In this document: in pieces, positions 8,385 through 16,373 of the stretch
Layout of the letters: the number at the start of each line of letters is the position of its first letter
Position numbering within the stretch: position 1 is the stretch's first letter
Origin: Planctomycetota bacterium
GTDB lineage: Bacteria > Planctomycetota > PLA2 > JAEUHO01
Assembly (NCBI GenBank): GCA_965223505.1
Contig: CBDCWP010000022.1
Coordinates: forward strand, 1-16,373
Reading direction: 5' to 3'
DNA length: 16,373 nt
Notes under the pieces: model-generated
Seen by the model: the letters and a program-made list of their open reading frames with translations, nothing else
What the model was told of the DNA's origin: nothing
Database searches by the model: none
Made by a program: the position numbers and the translations under genes

Positions 8385-8441
8385 GGCAGGAGAATCGTAA
8401 GCGTGCCGGACGGGGTGGCTACGAATGGACCGGCCCAAGCG

Positions 8442-11132
8442 TCACTTGTCCTCCCAGCGGTCCTTCAGCCAGGCCTGCCAGCGCGCCAGGGCCGCCGCGC
8501 GCGCGGCGGGTTCGGCCTCCGGGTCGTAGTCCATGCGCTTGCCCGCGAGCCGGAACAGGCTGTCGAACGCCGCCTTGCGGACGCCGACGTCGCGGTCGTC
8601 GAGCGCCCCCACGAGAGCCTCCGCCGCCTGGACGCTGTCAAATCGCGACAGTGCGTTGGCGACCGTCGCTCGCACCGCCGGATCCGGGTCGAGCTGTTCC
8701 CCGACGAGCGCCCCGGCGAGCGCGCGCCGCGAAAAGGGCTTCACGACGCGCGCGAGCACCCCGGCCGCCGCGACGCGCACGTTTCCGTCGGCGCCCTTCC
8801 GCAGCATCTGGACGATCACGCGGCCGAGCACCCCGTCTTCTTCGATCTTTCCCCGAAACGCGCCGCGCATGTAGATGCGCAATGTCGTGATCTGAACCGC
8901 CGTGTCCTCGTCGGACAAGAGCGACCGCAGCACCGCTTCCGCCTCCGGCTCGGGCCGGCGCGCGAGCACGAACGCCAGGTGCCGGCGCGTGTCGGGATCC
9001 GCGCTTCGGCGGAACGGCTTGAGCGCGTCGAGCGTGTCCGCCGCGTCGATGACCGCGAACTCCGCGCGGCGACGCGCCATGCGAAACGCGTTGCCCCCGG
9101 CCAGCTCGGGCGCGCGCCGGGCCACGTCGCGAAGCGTACCCAGGGCGTCCCCGGGCTTGCCGCCGGCGATCTGCAGCTCCGCCAGCTTGATCGCGACCCG
9201 CTCCTCGCTCGGATCGCGATCGAGGGCGCGCCGGTACTCGGCGACGGCTTCGTCGCGATCGCCCTGCACCTCGAGCGTCGCCGCACGGATCACCATGACC
9301 CGTGTGTCGAGCGGCGCCAGACGGCGCGCCAGGTTCGCGGCTTCGAGCGCCTCCTGATTGCGACCCTCCGCGCGCAACGCGGCGAACCGTGTCAGTGCGA
9401 GTCGCGCGGACGGCCCTTCCAGCTGCGCGACGACGTCGAGCGCGGCGAGGCCCTTGCGACGTTCGCCCGCGACGACCAACGCCTGCCCGCGCACGTAGTG
9501 CTCGAACCCGAGCGTCGGACGCGTCTTGCGGGATCGATCGAGCGCCTCGCGCGCCCGTGCGAGCCCCTCCTCGTCGCGATGCGCGGTCGCGCGGTGATAG
9601 TGCAAGCTACCGAGGTACAGGTCGAACGCCGCGGTCGACGCGCCGGCCGGGTGCGGGTAGCCCGCGAGCCGCTCGATCGCGCCTTCGACGTTGCCTCGCG
9701 CCGCCATCTGGAGCGCGGACTCCAGCACGCCGCCTTGCCGGGCCGCCGCCGTCTCCGCCAACGGGACGAGCTGTTGCGCGTCGGCGCCCGCACGAACCGC
9801 GCAAACGAGGCGCGACTTGCGGATCGCCGTTCGCGGCAGCACGTCGAGCCGCTCGAGATGCGGCTCTTCGACGATCCAGAGGTTGGTCCTTGGGTCGAAG
9901 CCGCGCACGAGCACCGGCGCGTCTCGGTACGCGGCGTCGTGGCGCACCAGGCGAAACAGCAGGAACGGATAGCCGTTCTCGATCATCGTTCGCCCCACCG
10001 CCTCGTCGCCGACGACGCTCAGGACCACGAGACGGCGGGCGCGCAGGAAGTACGGCGCGAAATTCGGATCCGTCACCGAGCCGCCGCGCTCCTGGACGGC
10101 GCGCATGACGTCCTCGGCGCGACAGCTCGATCCGCTGATCAACGCGCACGCGCGAGCCAGCACGGCCGCGTGCAAGGCCTCTTCGTCGGCGTGCGGCAAG
10201 CCGGTGCGCGTCTCCTCGACGAGCACGGGCGCGAGCCGCGGGGCGTGGCCGGCTCGGTTGAGCCCGAGCACCGCCTGCTGCGCCCCCAGCGGCGGCTGCA
10301 CGCCCTTCAGGACCGCGTGCACGTCGGCGGTCCGACCGACCCGCCACGCGGCGATCGCGCGCTCCACCGCGATCAGCGCAACGCGGGGCGAGATCCCGGC
10401 GAGCTGCGCGACGGCGAGCAGGCGTTCCATTCGCCGCGTGTCGCCGGCGCGGCGCAACGCGCGAACGCCGAGCGTTAGATGCATCGCGCCGCTGCCGGGA
10501 TCGAGCGCGGCGAGGGCCTCGGACATCGCGAGCACGGCCGGCGCCCGGTCGCGAGACGCGGCGCGCAGGAGCGCCATGCGGCCCGTCGCGGCGAGCATGT
10601 CGCGGTCCTGGGTCGATAGTGCAGCGCCGAGCAACGCAAGCTGGAAGGCGTCGCGTTCCCACTCGAACAAGGGCGGCGCCATGAGCCGGCTGAGCGCCGC
10701 GGCGTCGTCTCCGCCTCTTGCGCGCACGAGCGCGCTCGCCCACACGACGGCCGCGCCGCCGCCGTCGCGGTCGGCGCGCGTCAGCGCCCGTCGCGCCGCG
10801 GTCAGATCCATGGTGTGGAGCGCATCGACGACGTGGGCGAGCGCAAGCCGCCCCTGCGCGTCGGCGGGCACCGCCGGCGGCGACTCGTCCCCGTCCGTCA
10901 CGGAAACGCGTCGGAAGTGCGCCGCGCGCAGGGCGAGCGCGCGTTCCCCGGGGGGCGTCGCGGCGTCGAACGACGCGACGAGGGCGGACACGTCGCGGTC
11001 GCGCAGGAACCTCGCCTGTGCCGCACGGTGTCGCGTCTCGTCGGCTTCGACGACCGGCGCAGTCAACAGGCAAAGCGTCAGCAAACTGAGCGCGCGTCGA
11101 AGGATGTCATCCCTCCATCGCCGGGCACGCAA
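8442..11132 (-). CDS. Secreted TPR- and HEAT-repeat protein with a central C39-peptidase-like domain (apparently inactive), ~896 aa
   Basis: Signal-like LRRALSLLTLCLLTAPVVEA-D. TPR units GRNQEALEAANLARRLAP, GDRDEAVAEYRRALDRDP, GKPGDALGTLRDVARRAP. C-terminal HEAT units DPDPAVRATVANAL, LDDRDVGVRKAAFDSLFRL, ending W..W. Start codon uncertain. Confidence 0.8.
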   Translation of the reverse strand: MRARRWRDDILRRALSLLTLCLLTAPVVEADETRHRAAQARFLRDRDVSALVASFDAATPPGERALALRAAHFRRVSVTDGDESPPAVPADAQGRLALAHVVDALHTMDLTAARRALTRADRDGGGAAVVWASALVRARGGDDAAALSRLMAPPLFEWERDAFQLALLGAALSTQDRDMLAATGRMALLRAASRDRAPAVLAMSEALAALDPGSGAMHLTLGVRALRRAGDTRRMERLLAVAQLAGISPRVALIAVERAIAAWRVGRTADVHAVLKGVQPPLGAQQAVLGLNRAGHAPRLAPVLVEETRTGLPHADEEALHAAVLARACALISGSSCRAEDVMRAVQERGGSVTDPNFAPYFLRARRLVVLSVVGDEAVGRTMIENGYPFLLFRLVRHDAAYRDAPVLVRGFDPRTNLWIVEEPHLERLDVLPRTAIRKSRLVCAVRAGADAQQLVPLAETAAARQGGVLESALQMAARGNVEGAIERLAGYPHPAGASTAAFDLYLGSLHYHRATAHRDEEGLARAREALDRSRKTRPTLGFEHYVRGQALVVAGERRKGLAALDVVAQLEGPSARLALTRFAALRAEGRNQEALEAANLARRLAPLDTRVMVIRAATLEVQGDRDEAVAEYRRALDRDPSEERVAIKLAELQIAGGKPGDALGTLRDVARRAPELAGGNAFRMARRRAEFAVIDAADTLDALKPFRRSADPDTRRHLAFVLARRPEPEAEAVLRSLLSDEDTAVQITTLRIYMRGAFRGKIEEDGVLGRVIVQMLRKGADGNVRVAAAGVLARVVKPFSRRALAGALVGEQLDPDPAVRATVANALSRFDSVQAAEALVGALDDRDVGVRKAAFDSLFRLAGKRMDYDPEAEPAARAAALARWQAWLKDRWEDK

Positions 11133-12474
11133 CCCAGCGATTGTCGATCAGGCGTGTCGCACCGACACGAACCGCGCCGATGGCGAGCGACGGTCTCAAC
11201 GAGACGGCGTCGCGTCGCTTCATTGTGTCCGGATCGACCACATCGAGGTACTCGACTTCCACTTTCGCTTCGTCGAGCACGACCCGACCGCAGTCGACGA
11301 GCGCGACCGCGCTCGCAACGCCGCCGGCGGCGACCTCGGACATGCGCGCGAGCGCCAGGTTCAGGGACAGCGCGCGCTCACGCTCTTCGGTCGAGAGTCG
11401 TCGATTGCGGGAGGACATCGCCAACCCGTCGCGTTCGCGCACCGTCGGACAGACCACGACCTCGCCCGCAAGACCGCGGTCCGCGACCATCCGCCGGATG
11501 ACCGCGACCTGCTGCGCGTCCTTGCGGCCGAAGTACGCGCGGACGGGCCGGGTGCGCCGCCACAGCTCGTGAACGACCGTCACGACGCCGCGGAAGTGCC
11601 CCGGTCGCATCGCCCCCTCGTAGCCGTCCGCGGGGGGACCGGGCTCGACGTACGCAGCGAAGTCGTCCGGATACACGTCGTCTTTCGAGGGCGTGTACAC
11701 GGCGTCGGCGCCGGCTTCGCGCAGGACTGCGAGGTCGGTTTCCAGCGTCTTCGGGTATGCGGCGAGATCGTCCGGGTCGTCGAACTGCAGCGGGTTGACG
11801 AAAATCGTCACGAGCACCGCGTCGCACTCCGCGCGCGCGCGCCGCACGAGCGCCGCGTGTCCCTCGTGCAGCGCGCCCATGGTCATGACGACGCCGACCG
11901 TGCCGCGCTGCGCGTCACGCCACGCGCCGAGCGCCCCCGCATCGGCAAGCACCTCGGCGTCCGCACCCGCGTGCGGCAACGAGGGAATCTCGAGCCGCGT
12001 CCATGCGTCGTGATCGAGCAGCAGCGCCGCATGGTGCTCGACAATCGTCGCGCCGTTCACGACGAACGTCGGCGCAACCTCCATCCACGGCGACAGCACG
12101 AACCCGCGAGAAAGACAGCGCGGATGCGGCACCACGAGCCCGTCTTCGTCGATCGCGAGGTCGTCGTAGGCGAGCAGGTCGAGGTCGATGACGCGATTCG
12201 GCCCGTCGCGGACACGCCCCGCGTCGGCCTCGATGGAGAGCAGCGTGTCGAGCAAGGCGCGCGGCTCGACTCGCGTGCGAATCTCAGCGACGGTGTTCAC
12301 GACATTGGGCGGCGACGTTCCCTCGGGCGCACCGTCGTAGGGCGTCTCGATGCAGCGCGCGACCGCGGCGACACGTAGGTCGCGCGCTTCGAACGCCGCG
12401 AGCGCCGCGTCGATGTGGGCTGCGGCATCGCCCTGATTGGAACCGAGCCCGACGAAAGCGCGCGCGCCGCTCAC
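11107..12474 (-). CDS. folK-panC: Fusion of 6-hydroxymethyl-7,8-dihydropterin pyrophosphokinase (FolK) and pantoate-beta-alanine ligase (PanC), 455 aa
   Basis: GTG at 12474 overlaps the pssA stop (GTGA). FolK: FVGLGSNQGD, IETP, IE...GRVR, RVIDLDLL, VPHPR...RGFVLSP. PanC: VMTMGALHEGH, IFVNPLQF, EGAMRPGHFRGV, YFGRKDAQQ, RERDGLAMSSRN, RLIDN. One frame, no stop between the domains. Confidence 0.92.
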   Translation of the reverse strand: MSGARAFVGLGSNQGDAAAHIDAALAAFEARDLRVAAVARCIETPYDGAPEGTSPPNVVNTVAEIRTRVEPRALLDTLLSIEADAGRVRDGPNRVIDLDLLAYDDLAIDEDGLVVPHPRCLSRGFVLSPWMEVAPTFVVNGATIVEHHAALLLDHDAWTRLEIPSLPHAGADAEVLADAGALGAWRDAQRGTVGVVMTMGALHEGHAALVRRARAECDAVLVTIFVNPLQFDDPDDLAAYPKTLETDLAVLREAGADAVYTPSKDDVYPDDFAAYVEPGPPADGYEGAMRPGHFRGVVTVVHELWRRTRPVRAYFGRKDAQQVAVIRRMVADRGLAGEVVVCPTVRERDGLAMSSRNRRLSTEERERALSLNLALARMSEVAAGGVASAVALVDCGRVVLDEAKVEVEYLDVVDPDTMKRRDAVSLRPSLAIGAVRVGATRLIDNRWVACPAMEG

Positions 12475-13370
12475 TGCGCTTGCAGCTCCTCGTCCGAGCG
12501 CAGCTCGGGCTCGGGGGCAGGCGCCTCGTCGCCCGCCTCGTCGCTCGCCCACGTCGCGCCGCCCGTGATGCGGTTCCACGCGACCGCGGCGGGTCCGGAC
12601 ATCACGTAGAGGAAGAAGCCGGCGCACACCGTCTCCTCGAAGTACTGAACGACCATGTAGACGGTGCACATCAGGAAAACGACCGCTACGAGCGGACGCT
12701 TGCCGTCGAAGTAGCGATTCAGCAGGTGCGAGTACGGAAGCCGGCTGACCATGCACAGACCGAGCACGGGCGTGAGCACGATCAGCGCCCAGTCGAGCCA
12801 GTGCAGACCGTAGTGATGCCGCAGGATGACGAGCGACGCGATCATGCCGGCTGCCGCGGGGCTGGGCAGGCCGCGAAACACGTTCGTCACGTGGCCGGAG
12901 CCTTCGCTCTCCTCGACGCGCGCGGTCTCGACGTTGTAGCGGGCCAATCGCAGCGCGGCGCCGAGGATGTAGACGATCGCCAGCGCCACGAGCAGCTTGC
13001 CGGGCATCGCCGGGAAGTAGAACCCGAGCGCGACGCGCGAGATCAACGCCGGCGCAACGCCGAAGGTGACGACGTCGGCGAGGCTGTCGAGCTGCGCGCC
13101 GAACGCCGACGTCGTTCCGGTCATGCGGGCGATGCGCCCGTCGAGCGCGTCGCACAACATGCCGAGGAAGAGCAGCCACGCCGCGCGAACGATGAAGCCA
13201 TCGCGCACCGTCTCGCTCGACGCGGACGCCGCATCCATCAGATAGGACAGCGCGAGCAGACCCGCCATCAGGTTCGTCGCGGTGATGCAGGTCGGCAGCA
13301 CCTGGATCGAACGCACGCGCAGGCGCTTTCGCGGCGTGGGATTGGCGGGGACGGTTCGCAGGCGGCGCAT
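12471..13370 (-). CDS. pssA: CDP-diacylglycerol--serine O-phosphatidyltransferase (CDP-alcohol phosphatidyltransferase family), ~299 aa
   Basis: [44 protein letters not shown] (family signature), [17 protein letters not shown], multiple TM helices. Start set at ATG 13370. Confidence 0.88.
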   Translation of the reverse strand: MRRLRTVPANPTPRKRLRVRSIQVLPTCITATNLMAGLLALSYLMDAASASSETVRDGFIVRAAWLLFLGMLCDALDGRIARMTGTTSAFGAQLDSLADVVTFGVAPALISRVALGFYFPAMPGKLLVALAIVYILGAALRLARYNVETARVEESEGSGHVTNVFRGLPSPAAAGMIASLVILRHHYGLHWLDWALIVLTPVLGLCMVSRLPYSHLLNRYFDGKRPLVAVVFLMCTVYMVVQYFEETVCAGFFLYVMSGPAAVAWNRITGGATWASDEAGDEAPAPEPELRSDEELQAQ

Positions 13371-13477
13371 GGCGTCATGGTAGCCCCGTGAACCGTGCGG
13401 TCCCCGTTGGGGCGGTTTCCCGCGCTTCGCCGGTTCCTTACATCTGCCCAATCCGCGAACGCCCTATATTGCGCGTC
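13371..13477. promoter_or_regulatory. Divergent promoter region pssA/eno with -10 boxes directly upstream of both start codons
   Basis: Minus: TACCAT (13377-13382), 6 nt, ATG. Plus: TATATT (13465-13470), 7 nt, ATG. No SD sequence before either start. Confidence 0.6.
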
Positions 13478-14779
13478 ATGTCGACGACGAAGATCGAGCG
13501 CGTCCGCGGACGCGAGGTGTTGGACTCACGCGGCAACCCGACCGTCGAGGTCGAAATCGGCCTGGCGGGCGGCGCGACGGGCCGCGCGATCGTGCCGAGC
13601 GGCGCGAGCACGGGCGAGCACGAGGCCCTCGAGCTGCGCGACGGCGACCGCCGTTTCGGAGGCAAGGGCGTCCGAACGGCCGTCGCCAACGTCGAGACCC
13701 GGCTGGCACAGGCGGTCGCGGGCCTCGACGCGGCGGACCTCGCCGGAGTCGATCGCGCCCTGCGCGAGGCCGACGGCACCGACAACCTCGGCAATCTGGG
13801 CGCGAACGCCGTGCTCGGGATCTCGCTGGCGACCGCCCACGCGGCCGCTGCCGCCCAGGCTCGTCCGCTCTACCGCTTCCTCGCCGAGGCGTTCGGCAAC
13901 GACGATCTGCGGCTTCCGGTGCCGATGCTCAACGTGCTCAACGGCGGCGCGCACGCGGACAACGGCCTCGACGTCCAGGAGATCATGCTGGCCCCCACCG
14001 GCTTCGAGACGTTCGCAGACGCGCTGCGCGCGGGCGCTGAGATCTATCAGGTCCTCAAGTCGTCGCTCGCCTCACAGGATCTGTCGACGGCCGTGGGCGA
14101 CGAGGGCGGGTTCGCGCCGCGGGTCCGCGACAACGCGCACGCGGTCGAGCTGGTCTCGGACTCGATCCGCGCAGCCGGCTACGAGCCGGGCGTGCAGGTG
14201 AAGCTGGCCCTGGACGTCGCGGCGTCCGAGTTCTGCGAAGACGGGGCGTACGGCTTCGACGGCCGGCAAGTGAGCGCCGAGGACCTGACGACGCTCTACG
14301 CAAGCTGGGCCGAGCGTCATCCGATCTATTCCATCGAGGACGGTCTCGACGAGAACGACTGGGCGGGCTGGGCCGTGATGACCGAACGGCTCGGCGCCCG
14401 GCTCCAGCTCGTGGGCGACGACCTCTTCGTAACGGACACGAAGCGCGTGCGGCGCGGGATCACGGAAGGCGTAGCCAACTCGGTGTTGATCAAGCCCAAC
14501 CAGATCGGGACGCTGAGCGACACGTTCGCCTGCGTACGCGCGGCGTACGAGGGCGGGTTCACGGCGGTGATGAGCCACCGCTCGGGGGAAACAGAGGACA
14601 CCACCATCGCGGACCTCGCGGTGGCGCTCGGCACGGGGCAGATCAAGACGGGCGCGCCGTGCCGCAGCGAACGCACGGCCAAGTACAACCGTCTCCTTCG
14701 CATCGAGACGATGCTGCAGGAACAAGGCGCGCCGGCGCCGTTCGGACTCTCGGAGACCCATGGCGCAACGCAGGCGTAG
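13478..14779 (+). CDS. eno: Enolase, 433 aa
   Basis: [101 protein letters not shown]. Start at ATG 13478. Confidence 0.98.
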   Translation: MSTTKIERVRGREVLDSRGNPTVEVEIGLAGGATGRAIVPSGASTGEHEALELRDGDRRFGGKGVRTAVANVETRLAQAVAGLDAADLAGVDRALREADGTDNLGNLGANAVLGISLATAHAAAAAQARPLYRFLAEAFGNDDLRLPVPMLNVLNGGAHADNGLDVQEIMLAPTGFETFADALRAGAEIYQVLKSSLASQDLSTAVGDEGGFAPRVRDNAHAVELVSDSIRAAGYEPGVQVKLALDVAASEFCEDGAYGFDGRQVSAEDLTTLYASWAERHPIYSIEDGLDENDWAGWAVMTERLGARLQLVGDDLFVTDTKRVRRGITEGVANSVLIKPNQIGTLSDTFACVRAAYEGGFTAVMSHRSGETEDTTIADLAVALGTGQIKTGAPCRSERTAKYNRLLRIETMLQEQGAPAPFGLSETHGATQA

Positions 14780-15086
14780 ACCGGCCCACGCGGAGCGCGT
14801 GCTGCATCCGTCCGGCGGACGGTTGCGCACGCCGCTGCCCGGCATCGTCCCGGTCCTCGCGATCGTCGGGTTGGTGGTGCTGGTCTTCTGCACGTTGCCG
14901 GCGGTCCTGGAGCACCAGGAGCTCGAGCGCGAGCATGCGCTCCTCGAGCAGAAGGCGCGTGAGGCGCAGGACGCGTTGGAGCGGCGCCGCCGAGAGCTGA
15001 AGGCGGGCCAGGCGCAGCAGTTTCCGAGAATCAAGGCGACGCGGGCATTGCTGAGTCAGGGGAAGCACTACCTCGAGAAGAAGTAG
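14760..15086 (+). CDS. FtsB/DivIC-like (septum formation initiator-like) single-pass membrane coiled-coil protein, 108 aa
   Basis: GGAG at 14752-14755. Basic N-terminus, one TM helix ([21 protein letters not shown]), heptad coiled coil ([29 protein letters not shown]). Lies immediately after eno, the conserved position of ftsB in many bacteria. Confidence 0.55.
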   Translation: MAQRRRRPAHAERVLHPSGGRLRTPLPGIVPVLAIVGLVVLVFCTLPAVLEHQELEREHALLEQKAREAQDALERRRRELKAGQAQQFPRIKATRALLSQGKHYLEKK

Positions 15087-15159
15087 CGGGTGGTTCGGGC
15101 GTCACTGCCGGACCAAACCTCCCTCCTTTTCCCGCCCCCCTAGCTGGCTCCAGGACTCC

Positions 15160-16373
15160 GTGCGAAGATCGAGGTCGATGTTCCGGCGCCTCTTCGTTCT
15201 CTCCGTCGTGCTCACGTGCGCGCATCCCGTCACCGCGCGCGACGCCGGCGCCCCCGGCCCCGCGCCCGAGAAGAACTTTTCGTTCATCCACGACGGCGTC
15301 GAGTGGGTCGCGCGCAGGTTCAAGGAGGCCGACAAGGCAGCCGCCAACGGCGACTGGCTGCACGCCGTCCGGCGGCTGCAGCCGATCATCGATGCCGCCA
15401 CTCGCACCGAGCTCGACCCCGGGGTCATCGAGCTCGCCGAGTCGGCGCCGTACGTCGCGTCGGTCGAGGGCTCGCGCACGTTCGAAGGCGCCTACATCGT
15501 CGCGCGCCACGCAATCGCGCGCTGGGGCAGCGCCGCCGTCGACGCGTACGAACGCGAGTTCGGCGGCGCGGCGGACGATCTGCTCGTCAAGGCCGTCCAG
15601 CGTCGTGATACGGCCCTCCTGGAAACGGTGGCCGCTCGGTTCATGTCGTTGCCGGCGGGACGCCGCGCCGCGCTGCTGCGGATCGACATCGCGCTGGAGT
15701 CCGGCGACAACGACGTCGCCCTCGAGTGGCTGCAGGCACTCGAGGATCTGGAAGACGTGTCCGCGGAAGACCCGGACGTCGTCGCGCGCCGGCGCGCACG
15801 CCGCGCCCCGAGGCACGCGCGCGCGTTGGCCCGGAACACGGACGACGTTCCGGCGATCGCGAAGGCGATGTTGGCGGCGCCGGCCGCCGATCCCATGATC
15901 GATGTCGTGCCCACACACCTGCGTCGGCGCGCGCGCATCGACGGCACGTGGCTGACGACCAACGGCGACGCGAGCCGCGCCGCCGTCGCGCCGGCGCTCG
16001 GGTCGAAATTCAAGCTGCGGTGGGCGCTGGAAGAGGATCTATCGGATCGCCGCGAGCCGGATCCGAACCAGGCGGACCGGACCAGCATATGGCTCCCGCC
16101 GCGGGCCGTGGCCACGGCCGATCACTTGTTCGTCTCCGACGGACAGCGCATCCACGTGTACGACATCCCGAGCGGCAAGGTTCGATTCACGCGGCCGTTC
16201 CCGGATCTGTCCCCCTTCGGAAACGACACGGAAGACGACCGCCGCAAGCGGTTCGGGTTGCTGGAGGGGCACTCGCTGACGCTGCATCCGATGAGCGCGT
16301 TCGGCGGTCCGCCGAACGAGTACCTCCTCCTGTGCGCGGTGCCCGACGGCGAGCACTGGCCCATCACCGCGAG
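15160..16373 (+). CDS. Secreted protein with helical/TPR-like N-terminus and the start of a PQQ-like (BamB-type) beta-propeller, 3' partial
   Basis: Not in the ORF track because it is open to the window end. Starts at GTG 15160 or ATG 15178 (MFRRLFVLSVVLTCAHPVTA...). Helical GDWLHAVRRLQPII and GDNDVALEWLQAL, then WLTTNGDASR, KLRW, HLFVSDGQRIHVYDIPSGKVRF, resembling PQQ-like repeat blades. Confidence 0.7.
   Translation, partial: MRRSRSMFRRLFVLSVVLTCAHPVTARDAGAPGPAPEKNFSFIHDGVEWVARRFKEADKAAANGDWLHAVRRLQPIIDAATRTELDPGVIELAESAPYVASVEGSRTFEGAYIVARHAIARWGSAAVDAYEREFGGAADDLLVKAVQRRDTALLETVAARFMSLPAGRRAALLRIDIALESGDNDVALEWLQALEDLEDVSAEDPDVVARRRARRAPRHARALARNTDDVPAIAKAMLAAPAADPMIDVVPTHLRRRARIDGTWLTTNGDASRAAVAPALGSKFKLRWALEEDLSDRREPDPNQADRTSIWLPPRAVATADHLFVSDGQRIHVYDIPSGKVRFTRPFPDLSPFGNDTEDDRRKRFGLLEGHSLTLHPMSAFGGPPNEYLLLCAVPDGEHWPITA

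Noticed and set aside
7983..12378. Long plus-strand ORFs 7983-10478 and 10105-12378
   Set aside because: Antisense to panD, the TPR gene and folK-panC, with low-complexity Arg/Ala/Ser translations.
12475..13179. N-terminal extension of folK-panC (690-aa ORF)
   Set aside because: Alternate frame inside pssA; homology begins at GTG 12474.
15087..15159. Intrinsic terminator after the ftsB-like gene
   Set aside because: A pyrimidine-rich tract is present, but there is no convincing stem directly followed by a U-run.
1..16373. CRISPR arrays, tRNA/rRNA, transposases, integrases, defence or toxin systems
   Set aside because: No regularly spaced repeats, RNA-gene signatures or mobile/defence protein motifs seen. 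The window is almost fully occupied by the listed CDSs.

Overview
GC-rich (roughly 70% by eye) bacterial chromosomal segment of mostly housekeeping genes. A Planctomycetota/PVC-like origin is suggested by the AroD-AroE fusion and the large secreted TPR/HEAT and PQQ-like propeller proteins, but this is inference only. The left end carries a partial DUF72 gene (-), a secreted YceI gene with an internal compensated double frameshift (+), and a broken sigma-54 activator remnant (+). The centre is a long, tightly packed minus-strand run: pssA, a FolK-PanC fusion, a secreted TPR/degenerate C39-like/HEAT protein, panD, ispE, a three-domain AroD-AroE-AroK fusion, then a secreted HEAT-like protein and a PaaI thioesterase. 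The right end has divergent eno, an FtsB/DivIC-like gene and a partial PQQ-like propeller gene. I saw no CRISPR array, RNA gene or mobile element. I cannot support a new multi-gene system. The best leads are the FolK-PanC fusion, the AroDEK fusion with a shortened AroD barrel, the apparent pseudo-peptidase TPR/HEAT gene between panC and panD, and apparent leaderless promoters.
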